This document shows, one piece after another, positions 23,015 to 33,971 of a DNA stretch of 64,000 nt (positions are counted from its first letter, which is position 1; each line of letters begins with the position of its first letter). The notes under the pieces are model-generated. The model saw nothing but the letters and a program-made list of their open reading frames with translations. It was not told the origin of the DNA and made no database searches. The translations under genes and the position numbers were made by a program. The DNA comes from an uncultured bacterium (GTDB lineage: Bacteria > Oederibacteriota > PGYV01 > CAWJRG01): NCBI GenBank assembly GCA_963845185.1, contig CAWJRG010000005.1, positions 1 through 64,000 on the forward strand, read 5' to 3'.

Positions 23015-23246
23015 AATAACCCTCCCGTTTTATAAAATTATCTCTCCGTATGTTTCAAAAAATTTGATGTTAATAAGTTTACAGATTATTTCCAATTTGT
23101 CAAGAAAAAAAAATGTATAGAGTTCGGGAGTTTGGGAGTGTGGGGTATTGTTTATTCCAGTGGAATATCCAACGGTGAGAGTCTGTAAAAAATATATAAT
23201 AAGTATTTCTTTACCAGGAACGGATAAGGGTACAGTATTTTACTCT

Positions 23247-25067
23247 TTATCCATTTCCTGTTCCGCTATATGCAACCTTTTTCTCTTGGTTTTGTCCAGT
23301 TCTTTTTTCCTCATTCTTAATATTATGCGGCGTTATCTCAAGCAATTCGTCTTCGGCTATATATTCCATAGCCTGTTCCAGCGAAAATTTCCTTGGCGGC
23401 TCCAGGTTTATGGCGTCATCCGAGCCTGAAGCCCTCATATTTGTGAGCTTTTTCTCCCTGCAGACATTGATGTTCATGTCGCCTTCCCGTGTATTTTCGC
23501 CTACTATCATGCCCTCGTACACTTCCGCTCCCGGCCCGATAAAAAACGTGCCCCTGGACTGCAGTTTGTCGAGCCCGTAGGCTACAGATTTACCCTGCTC
23601 CCATGACGCCAGTACGCCCCTTGTCCTTGTCGGCACATCTCCCCTGTAAGGCCCATATTCGTGGAAGCTGTGGTTTAGTATTCCGGTGCCCCTTGTTTCT
23701 GTTATAAATTCATTCCTGAATCCCAAAAGCCCCCTTGTCGGCACCAGGAACTCGACCCTGGTATATCCGTCATTTCCCTGCACCATGTTTGTCATCTCGC
23801 CTTTTCTTATGCCCAGCTTTTCTATTACTGTGCCTACATAATCATTCGGTACGTCTATAATAGCGTGCTCGATTGGCTCGTATTTCTCACCTTTCACATC
23901 CTTGAATATTACCTGCGGCTTTGAAACCTGCAATTCATATCCTTCCCGCCTCATGTTTTCGATAAGGATGGCAAGCTGCAGCTCTCCCCTTCCTTTCACT
24001 ATAAAACAGTCGGGCGATTCGGTTTCTTCCAGTATAATGCTTACGTTTGACTGAAGTTCCTTAAAAAGCCTTTCACGCAGGTTCCTGGACGTGACAAATT
24101 TTCCTTCCCTGCCGGCAAACGGCGAATTATTTACCAAAAAGTTCATGGACATCGTCGGCCTGTCTATGTCTATTGTTGGCAGCTCTGCCGGATTGTCCTT
24201 ATCCGCTACTGTTTCTCCGACGTCTATATTTTCCATGCCTGCCAGCGAAGCTATGTCGCCTGCCACTGCCTCGTCCACCTCTATTTTTGTAAGCCCTTCA
24301 AAAGTGTATATGCGTGTTATTTTGCGAAGCAGTTTTTCACCTGTCTTTTTTATTAGTATTACATCCTCGCCTTTTCTTACTTTTCCGTTGTATATTTTCC
24401 CTATTCCCATTTTGCCTATGTAATTATCATAAGCGATTGCCGATGTCAGGAACTGTAAAGGCTTGTTCTCGTCGCCTTCAGTATCCTCCACGTGGTTAAT
24501 AATCATTTCAAAAAGGGGTATTATGTCGTTATTCGTATCGCTCAGGTGGTAGCGCGCTATTCCGTCCTTTGCTGACGCGTACACCACAGGAAAATCAAGC
24601 TGGTTGTCCACTGCGTTAAGTTCCACAAAAAGGTCAAAAACCATGTTTAAGACTTCGTCAGGCCTCGCGTTTGGCCTGTCAATCTTGTTTATAACGACTA
24701 TCGGCATGAGCCCGAGCTCGAGTGATTTTTTCAAAACGTATTTTGTCTGCGGCATTGTACCCTCGAAAGCGTCCACTACAAGAAGCACTGAATCTACCAT
24801 TTTGAGTATACGCTGCACCTCGCCGCCGAAATCCGCGTGCCCCGGCGTGTCCACGATATTTATCTTGTAATCCTTGTAGAAAAAAGCTGCGTTCTTGGAA
24901 AAAATCGTTATGCCGCGCTCTTTTTCCATCTCGTTTGAGTCCATGACACGCTCTTCGACCTTCTGGTATGACTTGAAGACGCCCGACTGCCTGAGCATGG
25001 CGTCCACCAGCGTAGTCTTTCCGTGGTCCACGTGCGCGACTATGGCTATGTTTTTAATCTTTCTCAT
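23247..25067 (-). CDS. typA: Translational GTPase TypA/BipA (apparent frameshift in last ~25 codons)
   Basis: NIAIVAHVDHGKTTLVD, DTPGHADFGGEV, GRGELQL, KKLTNMRASGSD. Confidence 0.97.
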   Translation of the reverse strand: MRKIKNIAIVAHVDHGKTTLVDAMLRQSGVFKSYQKVEERVMDSNEMEKERGITIFSKNAAFFYKDYKINIVDTPGHADFGGEVQRILKMVDSVLLVVDAFEGTMPQTKYVLKKSLELGLMPIVVINKIDRPNARPDEVLNMVFDLFVELNAVDNQLDFPVVYASAKDGIARYHLSDTNNDIIPLFEMIINHVEDTEGDENKPLQFLTSAIAYDNYIGKMGIGKIYNGKVRKGEDVILIKKTGEKLLRKITRIYTFEGLTKIEVDEAVAGDIASLAGMENIDVGETVADKDNPAELPTIDIDRPTMSMNFLVNNSPFAGREGKFVTSRNLRERLFKELQSNVSIILEETESPDCFIVKGRGELQLAILIENMRREGYELQVSKPQVIFKDVKGEKYEPIEHAIIDVPNDYVGTVIEKLGIRKGEMTNMVQGNDGYTRVEFLVPTRGLLGFRNEFITETRGTGILNHSFHEYGPYRGDVPTRTRGVLASWEQGKSVAYGLDKLQSRGTFFIGPGAEVYEGMIVGENTREGDMNINVCREKKLTNMRASGSDDAINLEPPRKFSLEQAMEYIAEDELLEITPHNIKNEEKRTGQNQEKKVAYSGTGNG

Positions 25068-25091
25068 TTTAGCTCCTAATTTAGTGCCAAT

Positions 25092-25117
25092 AAAAAAAGG
25101 CTGTATATCAGCCTTTT
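25092..25117 (-). terminator. Intrinsic terminator/attenuator just upstream of typA
   Basis: Minus strand AAAAGGCTG-ATATA-CAGCC-TTTTTTT, about 25 nt before the typA ATG. Confidence 0.7.
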
Positions 25118-25147
25118 GTGTTCAATCCTCTTAGAGGAGCAACCCAT

Positions 25148-25229
25148 CTTTAAAAATTCTCATATGCTCCCTCCCCGAAGCGCTATCAAATCCCGTCTTT
25201 ACAAAGGCGGGTTTTTCGCGGAACGGGAT
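25148..25229 (-). repeat. ~82-bp structured leader element, copy 1
   Basis: Closely matches 34520-34602; internal hairpin conserved with a different loop. Confidence 0.85.
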
Positions 25230-25270
25230 AAAAAAGGAAACCCGGGCTCCTGATTTAAACGAGCCCGGGT
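25230..25270 (-). terminator. Intrinsic terminator in the typA leader
   Basis: ACCCGGGCTC-loop-GAGCCCGGGT followed by TTCCTTTTTT on the minus strand. Confidence 0.7.
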
Positions 25271-25376
25271 AAAAGCAGTAACTCGAACCGTTCTTAAAAA
25301 CTACTGCACTTGCCTTTCTGTTTCTAAAACAAGTTCTCGTTCTACTTCTACCGCTTTGCCTTTCACTTACGATATA

Positions 25377-25405
25377 AGTATAGCAGATAACCCGTCATTT
25401 AGCAA
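25377..25405 (-). promoter_or_regulatory. Sigma70-type promoter upstream of the typA leader
   Basis: TTGCTA-17 nt-TATACT with extended TG. Confidence 0.6.
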
Positions 25406-25411
25406 GCAGCA

Positions 25412-25627
25412 TTAATTTTTGAAGTTGCCCGTCTTTTGAACATTAATTGCCCTTGCGTAACGTATTGCAGTCTCTATATCCGATATTTTAAAAGCCTTCC
25501 GTTTGCCGGAAATTGACAGGTAATAAGCATACATGGAATCAAGTATCTCTGCCCTGCTCCTAAATCCACTGTTATGTTTGGAAAGCTTATCTTCAAAACG
25601 CTTCATAACTGCAGTATTTTTCACCAC
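25412..25627 (-). CDS. Small hypothetical protein
   Basis: 71-aa ORF with GAGG upstream of a GTG start. Confidence 0.5.
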   Translation of the reverse strand: MVKNTAVMKRFEDKLSKHNSGFRSRAEILDSMYAYYLSISGKRKAFKISDIETAIRYARAINVQKTGNFKN

Positions 25628-25785
25628 GATGCACCTCTATATGTGTAAATATTATAACATTTTTTAATAACTATCGTGCCGATAAAAACCGTCTTATAAT
25701 TAAAGCAAAAACACATTTGAAATTATGCTATAATTTAATAACATTGAGCTTGAGCCTTGAACCTTGAACTTTGAACTGGTGTTAA

Positions 25786-26745
25786 ATGGAATACAATATC
25801 TTAAATAAATTCAAAAAACAAAAACCTATAGTCTCTCCCGCAAGAAAGGACAAAGCCCTGCCCGGAAAGGTAATAAACAGGGGCAATGTGAAATTCCTTG
25901 AAAGCGTCAGTGTATTTCCGCATTCCATCCTAATCCCCCATAAGGATATATTACACAGGCATTATATTTCCAGCCTTGAACTGCTATACGGCATAAGGGA
26001 CAAGAAATCTGAAAAGCTTGCCGCATCAGGCATAAAAGACCTGATTCAGCTTAAGGCTTCCGGCCATAAAGCAATATCGGAGATTGACTATATCCTGGCA
26101 GCGCTTGAAAAAGACTTCAGCAGCGTAAAAGAAGTACTGTCGGACAGGTTCTCGTCCTCGCACAAGCTCCTTTTCCTGCTCCTTTCCTATTTTAACAAGG
26201 AAGACCTGCTATTCTTGGATATAGAGACCAAGAGCCTTGCTTTCGAGACCTCTATATTATTGATAGGTGCGGGATATTTTGACAAGGACGGGTTCAAAGT
26301 CAAACAATACACCATACTCGAGGACGCCGCAGAGTATGAAATACTTGATGAATTTGTAAAAACTTTCAAGGACAAAAAAGCATTTGTTACTTTTAACGGC
26401 AGGACATTTGATGTGCCGTTTATTGACCAGCGACTTTCCTATTACGGCATATCATCAAATGAGGATTTTTTAGGCAGGCATAATTTCGACCTTTTGCATT
26501 TCTCAAGAAACATATTTAAGAAACACCCAGGAATCATTCAGGCTGAAACAGCTTGAATGCGATATACTCGGCATGAAGCGCGAATGCGACATTGACGGCG
26601 CTGAAGTCGAGATATATTATGACAAGTATGTAAGGACAGGCAAGCCCGAGTTCCTTGTCTCCGATAATAGAGCATAACAGGACTGATATCGAGTCCCTGC
26701 TCTTGCTCTTTGAATAAAATAAGCGAAAAATGGTGCGCAAGTAAA
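25786..26745 (+). CDS. mrfB: YprB/MrfB-like RNase H-like exonuclease (frameshifted near 26530 and near the 3' end; end approximate)
   Basis: LFLDIET, VTFNGRTFDVPF, FDLLH; later frame gives IIEHNRTDIESL; adjacent to mrfA. Confidence 0.75.
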
Positions 26746-26816
26746 GCCACCAAATTTATAAATTGTCAGATGACAGCATGGCGTGTAAAACAAATCTACT
26801 ATAATCGAAGAGAAAA

Positions 26817-29043
26817 ATGGATAAAATCAAGAAACTGGTTGAAAACATCCAGACAGAGCGGTTTTTCCGTGGGCAGATAAAAGAAGTCGCGGAAATAAAG
26901 GCAGTCGAGCCAGGTTATTCAGCTGAAGACCTTGCCTTCCCTGACCATTATTAAAAAATACCTTGAAAAATCTAGCATAGAAAAACTTTACATACACCAG
27001 GCAAAAACAATAGATCAATCTAAGGCATGGTAAAAACGTAATTATAACCACGCCTACTGCCTCTGGTAAAACCCTTGCTTTTAACATCCCTGTCTTTGAA
27101 AAACTGGCAGAAGACAAGCAGGCCACAGCACTTTACATATATCCGGCAAAGGCGCTCTCAAACGACCAGTTGAAAATGATAAATGAAATGCAGGATTTTT
27201 CCGGTTTCAAGTTCGACGCAGGCATTTATGACGGTGATACGCCTTCTGAAGAAAAAAAATTCATCAGGGAAAACTCCCGTATTATAATAACAAATCCTTA
27301 TGAGCTCCATCAGGTCCTTTCCTATCACGCGAAATGGAAAAGCTTTTTCAAAATTTAAAGTTTATCGTGCTCGACGAGGCTCACAGGTACAAAGGAGTAT
27401 TCGGCTCAAACATAGCTTTTCTGATACGGCGCTTAAAGCGCGTAATAAAATCATACAACGCGAGCCCTGTGTATGTTGTATCGAGCGCGTCTCTTGCCAA
27501 CCCCGTGGAATTCATTGAGAAACTTACAGGAGAAAATTCCTGCTTGTGGATAAAAATGGCTCGCCATCGGCCAAAAAATACCTTGTTTTATGGGATTCCT
27601 CCATGGCCCCTGAGAAATCCGTGCATACCCAGACAAAGGATATACTTTTAAGCACATGCTAAAAGCGGGTTCCAATCCCTTGCCTTTACCACTTCCCGGC
27701 GCATGGCAGAGCTTATCAGGATGTGGGCAAACCAGGAGGACAAGAGCGTAAATATACTCTGTTACAGGGCAGGCTATTCGCCCGAACTGCGGCGTGATAT
27801 AGAAAAGCAGCTAAAAACAGGTGAAATAAAAGGTGTTGTTTCCACAAACGCGCTTGAGCTCGGCATAGACATAGGCCAGCTTGATATAATCATAATATCC
27901 GGTTACCCCGGCAGCATTACGTCCTTCTGGCAGCAGGCAGGCAGGTCAGGCAGAAAAATGCATGAATCCGGTATTTTCTTTTTGCCTTTTGAGGACGCGC
28001 TTGAAAAATATCTGCTGCGCCATTCTGAAATACTTTTAAACATGCATTTTGAGAACGCCATAATATCCCTTGAAAACCCGAATATCCTGATAGGCCACAT
28101 ACTCTGCGCCCTGACCGAAGCACCGTCAAAGACAAAGGAAATCTTTGAAGGCATAGATACGGATAAACTAATCGACACCCTTGTTGAGCAGAAGGTCGTA
28201 AGCGAAACTCCCCGCGGATATATATATTCCGGCGGCTCCAGGCCGCAGGACGTGGTGTCGCTCGACAACATCGGCAGCAGCGACATAAAAATTAAGGTGG
28301 ACAATAAAATTCTTGAGACCATATCAATGGAACGCGCTTTCAGCGAAGCGCATGAAGGCGCAATGTATTTGCATAACGGCGAGACCTATGTGATAAAGGA
28401 ATTAAATATTGAGGAAGGCATCGCCAAAGCCGCAAAAGAGGATGTGGAGCATTATACTGACTCCCTGAAAGACGAGGAAGTCAAAATACTCGAGACAAAA
28501 AAATCAAAAGATTTCAAAAACTTCAAGCTGAATTTCGGCAGTGTTTCAGTGACCGAGATATACAAGGCATACAGGATAAAAAAAGGCGGCAAAGTACTGT
28601 CGCAGGAAGATTTGCGCCTGCCTCCGCTGACTTTTACCACCGAGGCATTATGGATGGAACTGGATGGCTCGATAGAAAGCAAAATAAAAAATGCATTGTT
28701 TGATTTTGACGGCGCGATACACGCGACCGAGCACTCCCTGATAGCGCTCTCCCCTCTTTTTGCCATGTGCGACAGGAACGACATAGGCGGCAGGTCATAC
28801 CCTTCATACCCGGATAATGGTTCTTCAATGATATTTATTTACGACGCCTACGAAGGCGGCATAGGCATAGCCGAAAAGCTGTATGATATTTTCCCGGCCC
28901 TTGCCTCGAATACTTATGACATGGTCAAGACCTGCGGATGCGAATCCGGCTGCCCTTCCTGCGTGTATTCTCCCAAATGCGGCAATAACAACAACCCGAT
29001 AGATAAACTCGGCGCGATTTTGATGCTGGAGGAACTGCTATGA
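26817..29043 (+). CDS. mrfA: YprA/MrfA-like DEAD/DEAH helicase with C-terminal DUF1998 (several apparent frameshifts 26950-27700)
   Basis: PTASGKTL, LDEAHRY, STNALELGIDIG, QQAGRSGR, YDAYEGGIG, CGCESGCPSCVYSPKCGN spread over shifting frames. Confidence 0.88.
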
Positions 29044-29139
29044 TAGCGTTTGTTTTGTTGCGCCGTCAACAGGCGATAACAAAACATTACGCTATCTTGT
29101 ACCCGCTCCAGTCCTGAGCTTGCGAAAGACAAGCGGTAC
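29041..29139 (+). repeat. Two-hairpin intergenic element, copy A
   Basis: GATAGCGT..ACGCTATC stem plus GTACCCGCT..AGCGGTAC stem; overlaps the mrfA stop codon. Confidence 0.9.
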
Positions 29140-29315
29140 TAAATATAATTCCCCCTTTAACAAGGGGGCAAAGGGGGTTTGCTTTAATCTCCTGAAGTAG
29201 CGGAGCGCTTGAGCTCCATTTCGATTGCTGTCTTCATTGAAAATTGACAATTCTTAATTGATAATTACTGCGACCACCACACGTCGCTATAATAAGTGCC
29301 GTTTTTTACCTTAAA

Positions 29316-29747
29316 TTATAATCCCCCGCCGGCGCAGGGCACCCAGTGTGAATCTATGAGCGTCCCGGAAGAACCTATAGTTATGGCGTGCGTGGAACCC
29401 AGCGTCGCGGAAAAAGTGCACCACTTGATATAATTACCTGAATAGCCGTTGACATATACGTCATATAAATTCGTTGCGGGTATTATGACACTTACATTTG
29501 CCGAAGTGCCTGCTGTTATCGAACAGCTCTGCGAATAACTGCTTGAATCTGAATTGCGTATCAATTGCACGGAAATTGCTGTTTTGGTGCCCGTATCGTT
29601 GTTTGTGACGCTGAATTTGACGTAATTGGGGGTTTGGGTGGGTGCCGGCCCTGATGATGTGGGTGACTTTTTGCTGCAACCGATGTTAAACAGGCCCAAA
29701 ACAATAAAACAACAAACAACAAAAAAAACTGCAGTAACTTTTTTCAT
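29316..29747 (-). CDS. Small lipoprotein of unknown function
   Basis: GGAGG RBS, signal peptide, IGC-SKKSPT, beta-rich mature part. Confidence 0.75.
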   Translation of the reverse strand: MKKVTAVFFVVCCFIVLGLFNIGCSKKSPTSSGPAPTQTPNYVKFSVTNNDTGTKTAISVQLIRNSDSSSYSQSCSITAGTSANVSVIIPATNLYDVYVNGYSGNYIKWCTFSATLGSTHAITIGSSGTLIDSHWVPCAGGGL

Positions 29748-29761
29748 TTTAAAGCCTCCCT

Positions 29762-29859
29762 TGATTTCGTTTACTTTGCCAAGCCGTCAACAGGCGCAGG
29801 CAAAGTATTACGAAATCATGTACCCGCTCAAGTCCGGGCTTCACAAGGACAAGCGGTAT
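29762..29859 (+). repeat. Two-hairpin intergenic element, copy B
   Basis: GATTTCGT..ACGAAATC and ACTTTGCC..GGCAAAGT compensatory variants; second hairpin conserved. Confidence 0.9.
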
Positions 29860-29883
29860 TGTTTAATTTACTATTTAAAACCC

Positions 29884-31383
29884 TTACGGGTGGAATACTT
29901 CGATTCTGTTATTACCCTGGTCAGCTACATACACATTTCCGCTGCTGTCCACTGCTATAAGTTCAGGAGAAGAAAATTGCCCGATTCCGCTTCCGGTGCT
30001 TCCCCATTGTGATATGTATGTCCCGGTACTGCTGAATTTTTGGACATTGTTATTGACTTCATCTACAACATACACGTTACCGTTGCTGTCCACTGCCACT
30101 CCCTGAGCATATTCAAATTGCCCGTTGCCGGTTCCTTTGCTGCCCCATTGCGTTAAGTATATCCCAGTATTGCTGAATACCTGTATCCTGTAATTACCAT
30201 AGTCTACGACATACACATTTCCGCTGCTGTCTAATGCTATTCCTTCGGGACTGTTAAACTGCCCGTTGCCGCTCCCTGAACTGCCAAATTGTGCCATATA
30301 TGTACCTGTGCTGCTAAATTCCTGGACCCTGTTATTATTCTCGTCTGTTACATAGACGTTGCCGTTGCTGTCCATCGCCACTCCACTTGTATAGCCGAAC
30401 TCCCCATTTCCGTTTCCGGCATTCCCCCATGCAGTTATATATGTGCCTGTGCTGCTGAATTCCTGGATTTTGCTATGCCCCCAATCTGCGACATATACAC
30501 CATTATTGTTTACTGCTATTCCAAAAGGAAAATAAAACTGCCCGATCCCGCTTCCATTGCCGCCCCATTGTGTTATATATGCCCCTGCATTGCTGAATTT
30601 TTCAACCCTGTAATTGCACCTATCGGTAACATATACATTTCCGCTGCTGTCCACTGCTACTCCGCTTGGGCAGTTAAACTGTCCGTTGCCGGTTCCATAA
30701 CTGCCCCATTCCCTCACAAACATCGCGGACATAGTTGCTGTTGCGTTGGGTGTCGGCGCCGTTGCTGTAGAAGTAGTTGTCATTGTGCTTGTCATTAACG
30801 CCGTTGTCACTGTCTGCTGAGCCGTGATTGTCCATGTCTCATTTGCCGTAATTGTTGCGGTTAAAGTATTAGTGATTGTTACGGTGAATGTATTTGTCAT
30901 AGTATGCTGTGCCTGCGCAGTGGCTGTTTGTTGCGCCGCTATTGTCTGCGTCTCGTTTACCGTATTTGTTTCGGTGAAAGTACTTGTCGCTGTTATAGTG
31001 AATGTATTGGTTAAGGTATGTTGAACCTGTGCTGTTTCTGTCTGCTGCGCCTGGGCTGTTTGTGTTTGTTGTGCCTGAGCAGTAGCTGTCTGCTGCGCCT
31101 GTGATGTGGCCGTCGCCTGTGCGCTCGGCCCTGCTGTCTGCAAATACGCGGCTGTGGCAGTTGCCGCCGCGATTTGTGTCTGCGTGGCAATTACTGCCGC
31201 AGTCGCTGTCGCCTGCGCACTCGGCCCGGCTGTCTGCAATGCTATGGCTGTCTGCGTTATCTGCGCGACTGCCGTGGCAGTGGCATTGCCTGCCTGGTTT
31301 GGTACGGTCGGGGATGCCAGTTTCCTCGCGCATGCGTAAAAGATAATTCCAATAACAAGCAGCAATAACAGAATTTTTTTCAT
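29884..31383 (-). CDS. NHL-repeat 6-bladed beta-propeller lipoprotein with Thr/Ala/Gln stalk
   Basis: YAC lipobox, TATAQAQQ repeats, six ~47-aa WGSxGxGNGQF..GVAVDSSGNVYV.D repeats. Confidence 0.92.
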   Translation of the reverse strand: MKKILLLLLVIGIIFYACARKLASPTVPNQAGNATATAVAQITQTAIALQTAGPSAQATATAAVIATQTQIAAATATAAYLQTAGPSAQATATSQAQQTATAQAQQTQTAQAQQTETAQVQHTLTNTFTITATSTFTETNTVNETQTIAAQQTATAQAQHTMTNTFTVTITNTLTATITANETWTITAQQTVTTALMTSTMTTTSTATAPTPNATATMSAMFVREWGSYGTGNGQFNCPSGVAVDSSGNVYVTDRCNYRVEKFSNAGAYITQWGGNGSGIGQFYFPFGIAVNNNGVYVADWGHSKIQEFSSTGTYITAWGNAGNGNGEFGYTSGVAMDSNGNVYVTDENNNRVQEFSSTGTYMAQFGSSGSGNGQFNSPEGIALDSSGNVYVVDYGNYRIQVFSNTGIYLTQWGSKGTGNGQFEYAQGVAVDSNGNVYVVDEVNNNVQKFSSTGTYISQWGSTGSGIGQFSSPELIAVDSSGNVYVADQGNNRIEVFHP

Positions 31384-31398
31384 TTTCGCCTCACATTT

Positions 31399-32805
31399 TT
31401 ACGGATGGAATACTTCGATTCTGGCATTATTACTGTCTGCAACATAAACGTTTCCGCTGCTGTCTACTGCCACTCCCCATGGGCAATTAAGCTGTCCATT
31501 GCCGCTTCCCAAACTACCCCATTGTGTTATATACGTCCCTGTACCGCTGAATTTTTCGATTCTGTCATTATTATAATCTGAAACATACACGTTACCGCTG
31601 CTGTCTACTGCTACTCCCACAGGATAATTAAACTGCCCATTACCGGCTCCTGCGCTGCCCCATTGTGTTATATATGTTCCTGTGCTGCTGAATTCCTGTA
31701 TGTTATTATTATCACCGTCTGAAACATAAATGTTGCCATTGATGCTTACTGCTATTGCGGTGGGCTGAAGAAATTGCCCATTGCCTCTTCCATTAGTTCC
31801 CCATTGTGATATATATGTGCCCGTACTGCTGAATTTCTGGATATTGTCAGTAAACGAGTCCGCAACATATACGTTGTCACTGCTGTCTACAGCTATTCCT
31901 TTAGGCTCATAAAACTGCCCATTGCCGATTCCAAAACTACCCCATTGTGTTATATACGTCCCTGTACCGCTGAATTTTTCGATTCTGTAATTATCATAAT
32001 CTGCAACATATACGTTCCCGCTGCTGTCTACTGCCACTCCCCATGGCCAATTAAACTGCCCATTACCGGTTCCTGCGCTGCCCCATTGTGTTATATATGT
32101 GCCTGTACTGCTGAATTCTTGGACCCTGTTATTAATATAATCTGTAATATATACTCCATTACTGTTTACTGCTATTCCGGTAGGATAAATAAACTGACCG
32201 TTGCCATTTCCGCTACTTCCCCATGCAGTTACAAACATTGCAGTCATGGTTGCTGTTTGTTGCGCAGCCTGGGCTGTCGCTGTTTGTTGAGCCTGTACAG
32301 TTGCTGTCTGTTGCGTCTGCACCGTGGCTGTCATATTAGGCGTATTTGTGGATGTTGGCGTTGCTGTTATAGTAGTTGTAATTGTTGAAGTATGTTGCGC
32401 TTGGGCAGTGGCTGTTTGCTGCGACTGAGAAGTTGCTGTTTGTTGTGCCTGCGCTGTTGCTGTTTGCTGCGCCTGGGCAGTTGATGTCTGTTGTGCTTGG
32501 GCTGTTGCTGTCTGCTGCGCCTGCGCAGTGGCTGTTGCCTGCGCAGACGGCCCGGCTGTCTGCAGATACGCAGCTGTGGATGTCGCCACCGCTTGCTGCG
32601 TAGCAGTAACCTGAGCCTGTGCGGTCGCCGTTGCCTGTGCGCTCGGTCCGGCTGTCTGCAAAGCTATGGCTGTCTGGGTTATTTGCGCGACTGCCGTTGC
32701 AGTGGCGTTGCCTGACTGGTTTGGCATGGTCGGGTTTTTTAATTTCCTCGCGCATGCGTATAGGATAACTCCTAAAACTAGCGTCAATAATAAAATTTTT
32801 TTCAT
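31399..32805 (-). CDS. NHL-repeat 6-bladed beta-propeller lipoprotein (paralog)
   Basis: Same architecture and same RIEVFHP end as 29884-31383. Confidence 0.92.
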   Translation of the reverse strand: MKKILLLTLVLGVILYACARKLKNPTMPNQSGNATATAVAQITQTAIALQTAGPSAQATATAQAQVTATQQAVATSTAAYLQTAGPSAQATATAQAQQTATAQAQQTSTAQAQQTATAQAQQTATSQSQQTATAQAQHTSTITTTITATPTSTNTPNMTATVQTQQTATVQAQQTATAQAAQQTATMTAMFVTAWGSSGNGNGQFIYPTGIAVNSNGVYITDYINNRVQEFSSTGTYITQWGSAGTGNGQFNWPWGVAVDSSGNVYVADYDNYRIEKFSGTGTYITQWGSFGIGNGQFYEPKGIAVDSSDNVYVADSFTDNIQKFSSTGTYISQWGTNGRGNGQFLQPTAIAVSINGNIYVSDGDNNNIQEFSSTGTYITQWGSAGAGNGQFNYPVGVAVDSSGNVYVSDYNNDRIEKFSGTGTYITQWGSLGSGNGQLNCPWGVAVDSSGNVYVADSNNARIEVFHP

Positions 32806-32832
32806 ATTTATACTCCTTTTTAATAATTTTCA

Positions 32833-32926
32833 ATACCTCTTGTCTTTAGCAAGCTAAAGACTTGAACGGGTACTTGATAGCGTAATATTTTGTTATCGCC
32901 TTCGGCTCAACAAAATAAACGCTATA
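32833..32926 (-). repeat. Two-hairpin intergenic element, copy C (inverted)
   Basis: Reverse complement reads ATAGCGTTTATTTTGTTGAGCCGAAGGCGATAACAAAATATTACGCTATCAAGTACCCGTTCAAGTC..GACAAGAGGTAT. Confidence 0.9.
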
Positions 32927-32962
32927 AGTTTTCAGTTTTCAATTATCAATGAAAAACCAACC

Positions 32963-33685
32963 TTAATTAATAATTATTTTATAAGTTACCACGACCTGAC
33001 GATTTTGCGGGTCAATTCCGGCCGTCACAGGAAATGCGGCGTGGATGAAAAGCATGTCCGCCAGGGTATATACCACCGCAACGCCTGTAATAGCGCCGAA
33101 TATTTCATAAGTAGTAAACTTATTTTCGGTTGAAGTTTTTATGCTCATAAGCGAATTATAATTATCCATCGTGGTATTATCAATCTGCGCATAGGTGTTG
33201 TTATAACTATTCACCGCGTTATTATAATTCATGTAATTGGATATTGAAAAGCCGGCCAATACGACATCTGCTCCCAGCACTACCCATTTAAAAGGCGAAT
33301 CGTTTGGCTTGCCCGCAGCCGTGGACATTGCCGCAGGCGGCATTGTAATTTCCTGTGTTTCAGCCTGCGCGCCGCTTGTTGCCTTAATGTTGTCAATCTG
33401 CGACTTTAGACTATCGTCACCCGTAAGCTTATATGCTTTATTAAGATATTGAAGGGCTTTGGCAGGGTTATTTAAAGACATATACGTATAGCCGCCGTAA
33501 GTAAGCGCGTCTGTGTTCTTGGGGTTGATTTTTAACACGGTATCATAGGCAGACGCAGCTTTGCTGTAATTCTGATTTTGATAGCATTTATTGGCGTAAT
33601 CCAACCATTGCTGTTCGAGGGATTTTGATGATATTAAGAATGGGACAAATATAAGCGGGATTAACATCAGCGCGGTTTTTTTCAT
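32963..33685 (-). CDS. Secreted TPR protein with C-terminal membrane-associated region
   Basis: Signal peptide, two TPRs, two hydrophobic C-terminal segments; GGAGG RBS. Confidence 0.75.
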   Translation of the reverse strand: MKKTALMLIPLIFVPFLISSKSLEQQWLDYANKCYQNQNYSKAASAYDTVLKINPKNTDALTYGGYTYMSLNNPAKALQYLNKAYKLTGDDSLKSQIDNIKATSGAQAETQEITMPPAAMSTAAGKPNDSPFKWVVLGADVVLAGFSISNYMNYNNAVNSYNNTYAQIDNTTMDNYNSLMSIKTSTENKFTTYEIFGAITGVAVVYTLADMLFIHAAFPVTAGIDPQNRQVVVTYKIIIN

Positions 33686-33803
33686 CCCTTTTGTCCTCCT
33701 TGCTTTGTTGTTGTTTGCTTAACTCTTAAACACAATTATACAGCATTAAAGCTGCTTTTACAAGGTTATTTCGGGAATTGTGTTGTTGGATATGCGCTTT
33801 ATC

Positions 33804-33919
33804 GTACAGACGGCCCTGCGGGTCGTCTGTACATTAACCGCCCTAAATCCCCTTGTTTTCTCCATTCGTAGAGAGGCGGCTTGCCATGAACCGAAATGAT
33901 ACATGGCTTGCGGCCTCTC
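33804..33919. repeat. Pair of REP-like palindromes
   Basis: GTACAGACGGCC..GGTCGTCTGTAC (33804-33832) and GTAGAGAGGCGGCTTGCCATG..CATGGCTTGCGGCCTCTC (33868-33919). Confidence 0.65.
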
Positions 33920-33971
33920 GTTTTTACTGTTAATGGGATTTCTGTAATTCCGTTTGTTTTGCCGGCTAATA

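Noticed and set aside
25300..25372. c-di-GMP-I riboswitch suggested by GAAAGGCAAA
   Set aside because: The expected P2 stem with GNRA loop and downstream GCAAAG/P3 arrangement could not be folded
29884..32805. CRISPR array
   Set aside because: The repeats are in-frame protein repeats (141-bp NHL units and TATAQAQQ codons), with no constant repeat-spacer pattern or cas genes
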